From: a virus
Lineage: Duplodnaviria > Caudoviricetes
Strand: one strand, 5' to 3'
Length of the DNA stretch: 40,700 nucleotides
IMG/VR virus record: IMGVR_UViG_3300023092_000003
Span: 1 to 40,700 of that record
Positions within the stretch are counted from its first letter, which is position 1. Each line of letters starts with the position of its first letter. Position numbers and translations under genes: made by a program. The notes beneath the pieces are model-generated. The model saw only the letters and a list, made by a program, of their open reading frames with translations, did no database searches and was not told the DNA's origin. Positions 6,461 through 15,555 of the stretch are shown piece by piece.

Positions 6461-7942
6461 TTGCGTAAATCCATTGCGGCTATTGCCGCCGCTGCCGTCG
6501 TTGCGGTTGGGCTCAGCGTGGGGGCCTCGGCCTCCGCAACGATCCCAACCGGCAACCTGGTAGCTAATCCATCCTTCGAGACCAACACCAGCGGTTGGTA
6601 CGGCGACCAGGCTTACCTCACGCGGGTATCCGACTCTGCCGCCCCGGACGGTAGCTACGTCGCCAAGGTCCAGGCGGGCACAAACTCCTATTACGGAGTA
6701 GGTGACACCAGCGCCGCCGTCCAGTCCGCACCAGCGAACCAGAGCTACACCGTTTCGGCCATGGTCAAGGCGTTCTCAAGCGTCACGACTGGCGACTGGG
6801 TCACGCTCGGCGTCCGAGAGATTGGCCCCCAGGGTGTCGTCCGCGAGGTAACGAACACTGCGGCGTCGACCAACGCCTGGGCGTCCCGGTCAATCACGGT
6901 CACACCGGCGACAGGTAACGCGCTGGCTGTGTTCGCGAGTCAGTCCTCTAACGTGACCTCGCTTGACGCGTTCCTGATCGACGCGGTTACGGTTGTCGCC
7001 AACGGCACGAGCACCCCGCCGACTACCGAGCCGACCACGCCGCCGACTACCCAGCCGACGACACCGCCGACTACTCAGCCGACGACACCGCCCACGACTC
7101 AGCCGACAACGCCTCCGACGACTCAGCCCACGACCCCGCCGACTACCCAGCCGACAACTCCCCCGGCTACCGGCACGGTCTACCCGCTGCACACCAATAT
7201 CGTCGCTACGACGTTCTGGGTCGGCGAGCTGTTCAACGCGAACCTGTCCGACGGGTCCCAGCTGTGCTCCACCTACGACAGCGACTGGGCCTATCACCAC
7301 ACCGGACGTAACCTCGGCACCACCCCGAGCAACGACCCCGGCTGTGGAGGTGCGATCTTCGGCGGTTGCGACGGTGTATCGACTGGCACCACGGCCTCGA
7401 CATTCAAGTGTCGGACCGAGGCTCGCACGGCGGCTAACGGGTACTTCCCCACCCAGCAGCCGACACCGCTCGAGAACCCGTTTTACGTCGACCTCCCCTA
7501 CGACGACCTCAACGACTCGACTGGATTCAGCCAGCGTTGCACGGTCATCCCATGGGCAGCAGCTGACAACGCCCGTACCGGCGTGAACAACTGCACCAAC
7601 GAGGACTACTCCTACATGAAAAACCGCTGGGTCAAGATCACCGGACCCAACGGCGCTACGGTCTACGCCCAAAACGAGGACGCTGGACCGTCGAGCGGCT
7701 CGCTGTACCACGACAAAAACTACGTCTTCGGTAGCAACGACGCCCGCCCGGCAAACAAAAAGTTCGGCCCGACTTCCGCAGAGGGAGCCGGTATCGACGT
7801 ATCCCCCGCAGTGAACGGAGCCCTTGGCTTCGCCGAGCTGGACGGCAACTCCGACAAGGTGTCGTGGCGCTTTGTGGATGCTGTCGACGTACCCGCTGGA
7901 CCTTGGAAAACCGTCGTCACGACGAGCCAGGTTCACAACTAA
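6461..7942 (+). CDS. secreted modular protein: signal peptide + CBM4/9-like domain + Pro/Thr linker + DPBB/expansin-like C-terminal domain
   Basis: MRKSIAAIAAAAVVAVGLSVGASASA; NLVANPSFE..SGW; (PTTQPTTP)n; YAQNEDAGP...GIDVSPAV. Confidence 0.7.
   Translation: MRKSIAAIAAAAVVAVGLSVGASASATIPTGNLVANPSFETNTSGWYGDQAYLTRVSDSAAPDGSYVAKVQAGTNSYYGVGDTSAAVQSAPANQSYTVSAMVKAFSSVTTGDWVTLGVREIGPQGVVREVTNTAASTNAWASRSITVTPATGNALAVFASQSSNVTSLDAFLIDAVTVVANGTSTPPTTEPTTPPTTQPTTPPTTQPTTPPTTQPTTPPTTQPTTPPTTQPTTPPATGTVYPLHTNIVATTFWVGELFNANLSDGSQLCSTYDSDWAYHHTGRNLGTTPSNDPGCGGAIFGGCDGVSTGTTASTFKCRTEARTAANGYFPTQQPTPLENPFYVDLPYDDLNDSTGFSQRCTVIPWAAADNARTGVNNCTNEDYSYMKNRWVKITGPNGATVYAQNEDAGPSSGSLYHDKNYVFGSNDARPANKKFGPTSAEGAGIDVSPAVNGALGFAELDGNSDKVSWRFVDAVDVPAGPWKTVVTTSQVHN
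7013..7166 (+). repeat. about 6 tandem 24-bp repeats encoding a PTTQPTTP linker
   Basis: visible in DNA and protein. Confidence 0.9.
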
Positions 7943-7980
7943 CAACTAGCACCATCTATCCCGAGGAGGACCAGTCAGTT

Positions 7981-10900
7981 ATGCGGTTTCTAAAAGACTG
8001 GTCCTCCGACGCGGATTCCACTACTTCTATTGGCTCTGGCTGGACACTCGCCGGAGCAGCTCTCCAGGTCATCGGCGGCGACGTTGCCCCGACGAACACG
8101 AGCACCGCCCAGGCACGCCGTAGCGACAGCGCTGCCGCGACTGGCGGCGAGGCATACGCCCAGGCAACCGTCCTCACCGCTGGCACCGCTGGCGAGGTCG
8201 GCCCGGTCCTCTTCACCGACGCGTCCACCACGACGGACTCCACGTCGGCCTACATTGCGTTCCGCTACGCTGCCGCGACTACCCGCTTCCAGCTCATGTA
8301 CAAGCCGACGGGCACCACCGCCCTTACCGGCATCGGTACCGGCGTCACGCGCACCCTGGCGGCTAACGATGTCATGCGCCTGGTTGTCCACGACGGTATC
8401 GCCTATGGCTACGTCAACGGCACGCTGGTAGTCCAGGGGAGCGTCACGGCCAACGCCGACGCGACTGCCTGGAAGTATCCCGGTTTCCGTTTCAAGGGTG
8501 ACGCCAGTTCCCGTATCTCCGCCGTCGAGGGCGGCGACTACTCGGCTATCGCCAACGAGGGCCAGGCTGGCTCTCCCGCGTCGCTCCTCAACATCGGCAC
8601 CGGAGCCGGACAAAACCACTTCGCTCTCCAGTACGCCCGTAAGGGTGCCTCTGCCTATTCGACGGTCCCTCAGGCGGACCTTATCGCTGGCTTTGAGGAG
8701 TCGCCCTACTTCGCCCGCACCACCGACGGCAAGCGGGTCGCGTTCCGCGTGGACGTGGACTCCCCGACGACTTCGGGCTCCAGCTTCCCGCGCGCCGAGC
8801 TGCGAGAGGTCAATGCCAACGGGACCAACGCGGCGGGTAACTACCTGTCTGGCACCCACTCCATTCGCGGTAAGACCCGGATTACGCACCTGCCGAGCGT
8901 CAAGCCCGAGGTAGTTGTCGTCCAGCTCTTCGACGGCGACAGCGACGCCATTGTCATCCGTACCAGCCTTATCTCCGGCGTGCCGAAACTGGTTGTGCGT
9001 GTAAACGGTACGACCCAGAGCCCGCGGCTTATGGAGAACTACGTCCCTGGTACTGAGTTCGAGTGGATGATCCAGCTTGTCGACGGTATCGGCAAGGTGT
9101 ACGTCAACGACATGACGACGCCAATCGTCACGACGACAGCGGGGCAGCTCCCAGCGGGCAGCGCCTACTACTTCAAGGCTGGTTGCTACGCCCAGAGCAA
9201 CACGACCTACGACGCCGCAAGCGAGTATGTCTCTCTGGAGCTGCGCGACCTCCAGGTCTCACACCCTGGCGTCACTCCTGACCCTGTCGGCACCATTGGC
9301 GGCGCATCCGTCCCAGCCGCTCCGGCCTACTCGGCCACCCTGGGGCTGTCGGCGACTGGCTCGCTGTCAGTGTCTGGCGTCAAGGGCGGAGGGGCGGTAA
9401 CACCGACCTACCTCTTCCCCAACGCGAACGCCGCGAACACCTGGAGTTCCACGGACGGCCCGGTCAACGTCGGTACTCGCTTCACGGTGGACACCGGAGG
9501 CGCTATCTCGGGTATCCGCTACTACAAGCGAGACACCCTCGGAGACGGCGCGACCATCAAAGCGTCCCTGTACCTGCCGAGCGGAACGGCCCTGGCGACT
9601 GCCTCGCGCGTCCAGCAGGCCAGCGACCCAATCGGTTGGGTTACTGTCCCGTTCGTCCCAGCCGTCCCGGTTACGACGTTCTACCAGTACACGGCGGCGA
9701 TCCTCTCGACCGCGACTAACTACACGGTCACGACGGACTACTCGCCGCTGGTCAAGGTAGACACTCCCCCGCTGCACGCGCCGGTTTCGTACTCGCAATA
9801 TATGTACGGCGCTCAGACCATGCCGAACAACCAGGGCGGTTACTCCTACCTGGTCGACCCGGTCTATATTCCGTCAACCAACGACTACGCGGCGGCACTG
9901 CCTGGCACAGCGGAGGCGACGCTCAGTCTGTCGCCCCAACCCAACGCCCAGAGCGTCCTCAACCTCTCCAGCTCGGCCACCCTGGCTCTCCAGGCGACGC
10001 CGAAACCCACCCGCACCGTGACCCTGTCCGGCGCGGGAAGTTTGGCCGTTACGGCTACTGGAATGAGTGTTGCGCCTACCCTGGCGCTGACGGGCGCTGG
10101 ACAGCTCGGGCTCTCCGGCTCGGCCTCACAGACGAGCGCGGCAAGCGTTCCGCTGTCGGGCTCGGGTCAGTTGACCGTTGACGACCTGGCGCTGTCCGCG
10201 TCGTCTACTGCGTCGCTCTCGGGCTCGGGAACGCTCTCGCGCATCGGTTCGCCCAACCTGGGTCGCTCTGTAGCCCTCTCGGGCGCGGGCTCGCTCACGA
10301 TGGGCGTTTCGTCGTTTATCGCGGCCAAGGTGAACCTGTCCGGTTCCGCCTCGCTGGCTGTGACTGGCTCAACCGTCATCAAGGCGTTTGACTCTGACCA
10401 GGTCCCCTCCGGCGCGGACTACTTTGTCCGGCGCTACGCCGAGGGGTTCCGGCTGTACGTCACAGCGGGCACCATGTGGGGCGTCTCCACTCCGGACCCG
10501 TCCGTCGAGCAAAAGCTCGGCTGGGCTCTGGACGCGGGACTCAAGATTGGCCTCTACGCACGAAACCCCAACTACTACGCGAGCGCCATTAGCGCCGCTG
10601 GTAAGTGGAGGGACCGTCTCCAGTTCTTTGCACTGGACGTAGAGACCGACCCAGGTATCCCCGTCACGCGTGCCATGGTCGACGGCGTCAAGGCTCTCGG
10701 CGTCCGCCCCATCATCTACTCCGGGTGGGGCATGTGGCCCAGCATCCAAGGCGCTACGGCCAACGACTTTAGCGACTTGCTCCTCTGGGACACGGACACG
10801 CGAGCAGAGCTGGACCTGACCTACAAAGCGGACATCAACTCGCCGACGCCGGTCGCCTATGGCGGCTGGAACGTCCCGGGCAATATGCGCTTTGGTATTC

Positions 10901-12009
10901 AGCAGAAATTCGAGCAGCCGCTAGACGGCATGAACGTCGACCTAAACTCGTTTGATTCTCAGTATTTCATCGAGACAGGCACGTTCCGCGCCGCTGCGCT
11001 GCCGCTGTCCGCCGAGGGCACGCTCTCCGCTACGGCGAGCGCTAAGCCCGTCCAGGGACTCGCGGCGACCGGTTCCGGTTCACTGAGTCTCGTTGGGAAG
11101 CCTAACGCGAGTCGCTCAGTGGCTCTCTCCGGGCTCGGGACGCTGGGGATGACTAGTAGGCCCAACCAGGCCGCAAACGTCGCCCTGTCGGCGGTAGGCG
11201 GGCTGTCCGTGGCTGGTTCTCCCAGCACGGTTGGCTCAGTCCAATCGGCCGGCACGGGAACCCTGGCAGTCGCCGGAGCAGACCCCGCCACAGCGGCGAC
11301 GGTTTCGCTCTCGGGTACGGCCTCGCTCGGGTTCTCTGCGATTGCCAACTCCAAGGCGTCCGCGTCTCTGGCTCTCAGTGCCTCCGGCACTTTGGGTACA
11401 GCGACCAGCGTCGCAACGACCCAATCCGTCTCCCTCGCCGGAGGCGGCATCTTGTCGTTGTCGGGCAGCGTTTACACGACCGCACAGACCAGCCTCTACG
11501 GCTCCGGCCAGCTCTCTATCGGGGGCAAGCCGTCGCCCACGGGCAAGGCGATCCTGTCGTCCTCGGGCACGCTGGTTATTACCGGCGCGCTCAACGCTCC
11601 AGGAGCTGTCTCCCTGGGCGGAGGCGGAACGCTTGACCTGACCTCACGGCCTGGCTGGCGTCCCTCGCTCGCGCTCTCCGGCGCTGCAACTCTCGCCATG
11701 GGGGCCAAGTGGGTTCCGGTCGAGAGGCTGTCACGCTCAGGCGCTGGAACGCTCTCCCTGGAGGTCGCCGAGCTGGACACGCTCCAGGAGCTGGACCTGT
11801 ACGGGCTCGGCTCGCTGATCCTGGCGAGCAAGCCCTCGACCCAGGTCTACCGCTCAGGCGCGGGAACGCTGACCATCATGGCGGGCGTTCCGGTCTACGA
11901 CCTGGAAGTGACCGCACAACTCGACCCGCGCTCCTACACCGGACGCACTAACCCCACGGTCCGTAGCGGCGTCCTCGCTGGCCGGACCTGGACAGGAAAG
12001 ATCAAATGA
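7981..12009 (+). CDS. large mosaic tailspike/fibre-like protein: lectin-like N-terminus, PL7 lyase-like domain, DUF4082-like domain, LSGxGxL repeats with an inserted GH25-like muramidase
   Basis: GAGGAGG RBS before ATG 7981; RAELRE and YFKAGCYAQ (PL7); VGTRFTVD..G.ISGIRYYK; ALDVE, PIIYSG..W and VDLNSF (GH25-like). Confidence 0.72.
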   Translation: MRFLKDWSSDADSTTSIGSGWTLAGAALQVIGGDVAPTNTSTAQARRSDSAAATGGEAYAQATVLTAGTAGEVGPVLFTDASTTTDSTSAYIAFRYAAATTRFQLMYKPTGTTALTGIGTGVTRTLAANDVMRLVVHDGIAYGYVNGTLVVQGSVTANADATAWKYPGFRFKGDASSRISAVEGGDYSAIANEGQAGSPASLLNIGTGAGQNHFALQYARKGASAYSTVPQADLIAGFEESPYFARTTDGKRVAFRVDVDSPTTSGSSFPRAELREVNANGTNAAGNYLSGTHSIRGKTRITHLPSVKPEVVVVQLFDGDSDAIVIRTSLISGVPKLVVRVNGTTQSPRLMENYVPGTEFEWMIQLVDGIGKVYVNDMTTPIVTTTAGQLPAGSAYYFKAGCYAQSNTTYDAASEYVSLELRDLQVSHPGVTPDPVGTIGGASVPAAPAYSATLGLSATGSLSVSGVKGGGAVTPTYLFPNANAANTWSSTDGPVNVGTRFTVDTGGAISGIRYYKRDTLGDGATIKASLYLPSGTALATASRVQQASDPIGWVTVPFVPAVPVTTFYQYTAAILSTATNYTVTTDYSPLVKVDTPPLHAPVSYSQYMYGAQTMPNNQGGYSYLVDPVYIPSTNDYAAALPGTAEATLSLSPQPNAQSVLNLSSSATLALQATPKPTRTVTLSGAGSLAVTATGMSVAPTLALTGAGQLGLSGSASQTSAASVPLSGSGQLTVDDLALSASSTASLSGSGTLSRIGSPNLGRSVALSGAGSLTMGVSSFIAAKVNLSGSASLAVTGSTVIKAFDSDQVPSGADYFVRRYAEGFRLYVTAGTMWGVSTPDPSVEQKLGWALDAGLKIGLYARNPNYYASAISAAGKWRDRLQFFALDVETDPGIPVTRAMVDGVKALGVRPIIYSGWGMWPSIQGATANDFSDLLLWDTDTRAELDLTYKADINSPTPVAYGGWNVPGNMRFGIQQKFEQPLDGMNVDLNSFDSQYFIETGTFRAAALPLSAEGTLSATASAKPVQGLAATGSGSLSLVGKPNASRSVALSGLGTLGMTSRPNQAANVALSAVGGLSVAGSPSTVGSVQSAGTGTLAVAGADPATAATVSLSGTASLGFSAIANSKASASLALSASGTLGTATSVATTQSVSLAGGGILSLSGSVYTTAQTSLYGSGQLSIGGKPSPTGKAILSSSGTLVITGALNAPGAVSLGGGGTLDLTSRPGWRPSLALSGAATLAMGAKWVPVERLSRSGAGTLSLEVAELDTLQELDLYGLGSLILASKPSTQVYRSGAGTLTIMAGVPVYDLEVTAQLDPRSYTGRTNPTVRSGVLAGRTWTGKIK

Positions 12010-12269
12010 TAAACACCTTCCAGCGGGAGACGGTCGAATTCCAGCCCGTCTCCCTGGCCGCTAACGGGGCTCCCGTTCTGGACGGCGTCGAATTCAGCAT
12101 TGTGCTGGAGGGACGCCGTCCGGATACCTGGATTCCTGCCGTGACCCTTTCCGGGAAGCTCGGCTTTATGGTCCAGGGCAAAGGCCCTGGCGCGTACCGC
12201 GTATGGGCGCGCATCACTGCCAACCCAGAAACACCCGTCATTGACTGCGGTATCTTCCGCGTTATCTAG
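12006..12269 (+). CDS. small structural protein (BppU/baseplate-upper-like)
   Basis: RETVEFQPV...GPGAYRVWARITANPETPVI; coupled to the large gene. Confidence 0.55.
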   Translation: MINTFQRETVEFQPVSLAANGAPVLDGVEFSIVLEGRRPDTWIPAVTLSGKLGFMVQGKGPGAYRVWARITANPETPVIDCGIFRVI

Positions 12270-12401
12270 CCCGAGAGAGGGGGTACCTATTCCCATGGCC
12301 CAGAACATAAGCCCCTGGATTATGTACCCCCCTCTATTAGCCCCTGGCTTTTATACCCCCCTGGTACACAGCAGGGCCTACCCATATGGGGTGGGCTAAC
12401 T

Positions 12402-12701
12402 ATGGGGTGGGATACCAGCAGCAGGCGGGAGGAGCTACCCGCTAACTGGTCTGTGTTGCGTGTGCGTGTGCTGCGCCGAGACGGTTACAAATGTCAGGCA
12501 CGAGACAGCACAGGACAGAAGTGTTTGGCTCCAGCCAACCAATGCGATCACATCGAGCGCGGCAACGATCACAGCATGGAGAACTTGCAAGCGTTGTGTC
12601 GTTGGCATCACGCACGCAAGAGTTCGGCAGAAGGAGCAGCAGCGCGAAAGCCTCGAAACCTCAGAGTCCGTGAACCTGAGAGTCATCCGGGAAATATCTG
12701 A
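12402..12701 (+). CDS. HNH endonuclease (packaging-associated)
   Basis: VLRRDGYKCQ...C...DHI...NLQALC.WHH..K; last gene before cos. Confidence 0.92.
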   Translation: MGWDTSSRREELPANWSVLRVRVLRRDGYKCQARDSTGQKCLAPANQCDHIERGNDHSMENLQALCRWHHARKSSAEGAAARKPRNLRVREPESHPGNI

Positions 12702-12745
12702 GTGCGGTTGACCCAGGACCCCCCTCCCCCCGTCTCCACCGTCCT

Positions 12746-12756
12746 CGAAGGGGCAT
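12746..12756. other. cos: probable cos site (11-nt cohesive end CGAAGGGGCAT)
   Basis: lies between HNH and the terminase region; matches, from memory, the 3' overhang of Arthrobacter cluster AZ phages. Confidence 0.75.
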
Positions 12757-12836
12757 AGCACCTCCGTGTGCGCCAGAGTCTGGGCTTTTCAGTAGAAATG
12801 CTCAGCTTTGGCGCCGAGGCCGTGTAAACGACGATC

Positions 12837-12861
12837 CTTCGTAAGCCAGGCCCCCTATATA
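12837..12861 (+). promoter_or_regulatory. phage-specific promoter motif, class II (late candidate)
   Basis: CTTCGTAAGCCAGGCCCCCTATATA upstream of the packaging/structural operon. Confidence 0.65.
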
Positions 12862-12916
12862 GCTACGGAGGGCCTTTAGTTCTGCGGTTTTTCAGCGTCC
12901 CGAGGAGGTCCGACCC

Positions 12917-13393
12917 ATGCAAGCTGGCGACATCGCAATGGTCAAAACGACCGCCATTTGGGGCGCACTTATCAGGGTGTTTACACGCTCTCGCTACGAC
13001 CATGCCGTCCTGATTCTCAACGACCGCGGGCTCGCCGTCGAGGCCGTCCCATCCGGCGCACGTTATTGCTACGTCCAGCCCGAGGACATCGTCGTCTCCC
13101 CTCCGCTGACCAGCGACCAGCGCCTGGTTGTCCGTGCCAAGGGCCACGCCCTGATCGGCACTCGCTACAACTTCCTGGACGTTGGCCTCCTCGGCCTCGC
13201 CCAGCTCGGCGTCCGCGCCGAATGGCTCCGCAAGCGTCTAGCTCGCGCGGACCGTCTCTTTTGCTCGCAACTCATTGACCTAGCCCTCCAGGACGCGGGC
13301 TATCACCTTTTCGAGGACGGGCGACTCCCCCAGAACGTCTCACCCGGCGACCTGGCCGACCTTGCATTCCGCGAGGGCTGGCCGCGCGCCTAG
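12917..13393 (+). CDS. permuted papain-like NlpC/P60 (YiiX/YebB-type) protein
   Basis: GDI, YDHAVL, VEA, IGTRYN, LFCSQLI, SPGDL: His before Cys, the permuted order. Confidence 0.8.
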   Translation: MQAGDIAMVKTTAIWGALIRVFTRSRYDHAVLILNDRGLAVEAVPSGARYCYVQPEDIVVSPPLTSDQRLVVRAKGHALIGTRYNFLDVGLLGLAQLGVRAEWLRKRLARADRLFCSQLIDLALQDAGYHLFEDGRLPQNVSPGDLADLAFREGWPRA

Positions 13394-13413
13394 CCCCTCG
13401 ACAGGAGGACACC

Positions 13414-13845
13414 ATGGCCGGAAACGGACCCCTTGCAAAGGACCAGCACCAGCGCGAGCGCAACACAAAGCGCCACCAGGCAGACACCGCCACGGTCTCC
13501 CAGGACGACGAGGTCCGAGGACCTGACCTGGAGGGTGACTACCTCCCTCAGACCCACCGCTGGTATAACACCTGGCGCACGTCCCCCCAGGCCCAGCTTT
13601 TCGAGACCACCGACTGGCTCCGCCTGATTCTCCTGGCGTCCCTGGTCAACCAGTATTTCGTTTTCCCCACCACGGCGGCTCTCGCCGAGATTCGTCTCAA
13701 CGAGGAGCGCCTCGGAGCGCTCTACGCCGACCGGCAGCGGGCAAAAATCCGCATCACGCCGCGCGAGCAGGACGACGAGACGCCCTCACTGGCGATTGTC
13801 TCCAGCGCCGACGACGCACGCGCCCGAATGCGAGGCGGCGTCTAA
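13414..13845 (+). CDS. terS: terminase small subunit
   Basis: MAGNGP.AK, WY.TWRTSPQA..F..TDW, AEIRL.EE.LG...DR; directly before terL. Confidence 0.85.
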   Translation: MAGNGPLAKDQHQRERNTKRHQADTATVSQDDEVRGPDLEGDYLPQTHRWYNTWRTSPQAQLFETTDWLRLILLASLVNQYFVFPTTAALAEIRLNEERLGALYADRQRAKIRITPREQDDETPSLAIVSSADDARARMRGGV

Positions 13846-13860
13846 CCCCCAGGAGGCCAC

Positions 13861-15555
13861 ATGGCAAAGAAGTGGAAAGCCGTTACATCGGTTCCCGACT
13901 TCCCCCTGGACGACTCCATAAAGACCCTCGGCTGGGACGTTATCCACTTCGCCGAGAGCTACCTCCTCCAGCCTGACGGCGACGACGCTGGCGAGCCCTT
14001 CCGCTTCACGCGCGAGCAGCTCAACTTTGTGCTCTGGTTCTACGCAATCGACGCGCACGGCAAGTTCCTTTACCGGCGAGCAGTGCTCCGCCGTGCAAAG
14101 GGCTGGGGCAAGTCGCCGTTCCTGGGAGCCCTCGCGCTTGCCGAGCTGTGCGGCCCTGTCCGCTTCGGCGGCTGGCGAGCTGACGGGACGCCTAAGGCGA
14201 TCCCCCACCCGCTCCCCTGGATCGTTATTGCGGGTGTGTCTGAGACTCAGACGAAAAACACCATGGACGCGATCCGCGCCATGGCCGAGGACTCCGCCCT
14301 GGTTGACGACTTCGGCCTAGACGTGGGTATGACCCGGATTCTGACTCCGGGCGGAGGCAAAATCGTCCCAGTCACGGCCAGCGCCGCGACCCAGGAGGGT
14401 GCACGCCCGACGTTCGCGATTATGGACGAGACGCACCACTGGACCGCCACAAACGGCGGTCACAAGCTCTCCCGCGTTGTCCGGCGCAACCTGGCAAAGG
14501 CCCGAGGCGGTGACGGTCGCTCAATCGAGACGACCAACGCGCACGAGCCCGGCCAGGACAGCACCGCCGAAAAGTCCTACCTGGCGTACCGCTCCATTCT
14601 GGAGGGACGCTCCCGCGCAACCGGCATCCTGTACGACTCCCGCGAGGCACCGCCCGACATCGACCTCTCCGACGAGGTCGCGGTCATGGAGGGCCTCAAA
14701 TGCGCTTACGGCGACAGCTTCTGGGTTGACCTGGAGCGCATCCTTGCCGAGGTCTACGACCCCGACACTCCCCCCGAGGAGGCGCGTCGCTTCTACCTCA
14801 ACCAGATCGTAGCCGCCGCTGACTCCTGGGTTACTCCCGCCGAGTGGTCCAAGGGCTGGGACGAGGACCTGGTCGGCCTCAAGCTGGGCGAGCCTGGCGA
14901 CAAGCGAAACCGGGGCGAGATTGTCACCCTGGGATTCGACGGCTCGCTGACCGACGACTCGACCGCCCTAGTGGCCTGTCGAATGTCCGACGGTGCCGCG
15001 TTCGTCATCGGCGTCTGGGAAAAGCCCGAGGGCCCCTCCGGCGCTAACTGGTCTGTCCCGAAAGAGCAGGTCCGCGAGGCGGTCGCCTGGGCGTTCGGAC
15101 ACCTGGACGTTATCGCCTTTTTCTCCGACGTTGCCTACTGGGAAACGGACGTGGACTCCTGGCGAGACACGTACAACGAGCAGCTACTCGTTAAGGCCAC
15201 CACACGGCACGCCGTGGGCTACGACATGCGAGGTCACCAGATGGAGACAACGCGCGCCGTCGAGGCACTCCACCGCGCTCTGATCGAGGGCGAAATGCCA
15301 TACGGCCCGCACCGTTTACACGCCGGTCCCCGACTCGACCTAGCCGCCGACGAGATCCTTACTCGCCACGTGCTGAACGCCCGACGCCGTCCCAACCGCT
15401 GGGGCGTGAGCTTCGGTAAGGAATCCCGAGAGTCGCCGAAAAAGGTCGACGTACTGGCCGCGCTGGTACTCGCCCGCATGGCCCGCTCCCGCGCCCTCGC
15501 CGAGAACGTCCTCAAGAAAAACCGCCGAGCGCCTGGTCGCTTGGTCGGTTTCTAA
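13861..15555 (+). CDS. terL: terminase large subunit
   Basis: RRAKGWGKS Walker A, IMDETH Walker B, LGFDGS..DDST nuclease, KKVD. Confidence 0.95.
   Translation: MAKKWKAVTSVPDFPLDDSIKTLGWDVIHFAESYLLQPDGDDAGEPFRFTREQLNFVLWFYAIDAHGKFLYRRAVLRRAKGWGKSPFLGALALAELCGPVRFGGWRADGTPKAIPHPLPWIVIAGVSETQTKNTMDAIRAMAEDSALVDDFGLDVGMTRILTPGGGKIVPVTASAATQEGARPTFAIMDETHHWTATNGGHKLSRVVRRNLAKARGGDGRSIETTNAHEPGQDSTAEKSYLAYRSILEGRSRATGILYDSREAPPDIDLSDEVAVMEGLKCAYGDSFWVDLERILAEVYDPDTPPEEARRFYLNQIVAAADSWVTPAEWSKGWDEDLVGLKLGEPGDKRNRGEIVTLGFDGSLTDDSTALVACRMSDGAAFVIGVWEKPEGPSGANWSVPKEQVREAVAWAFGHLDVIAFFSDVAYWETDVDSWRDTYNEQLLVKATTRHAVGYDMRGHQMETTRAVEALHRALIEGEMPYGPHRLHAGPRLDLAADEILTRHVLNARRRPNRWGVSFGKESRESPKKVDVLAALVLARMARSRALAENVLKKNRRAPGRLVGF

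Noticed and set aside
7013-7166. Regular 24-bp repeats as a possible CRISPR array
   Set aside because: No unique spacers; an in-frame Pro/Thr linker with synonymous variation.
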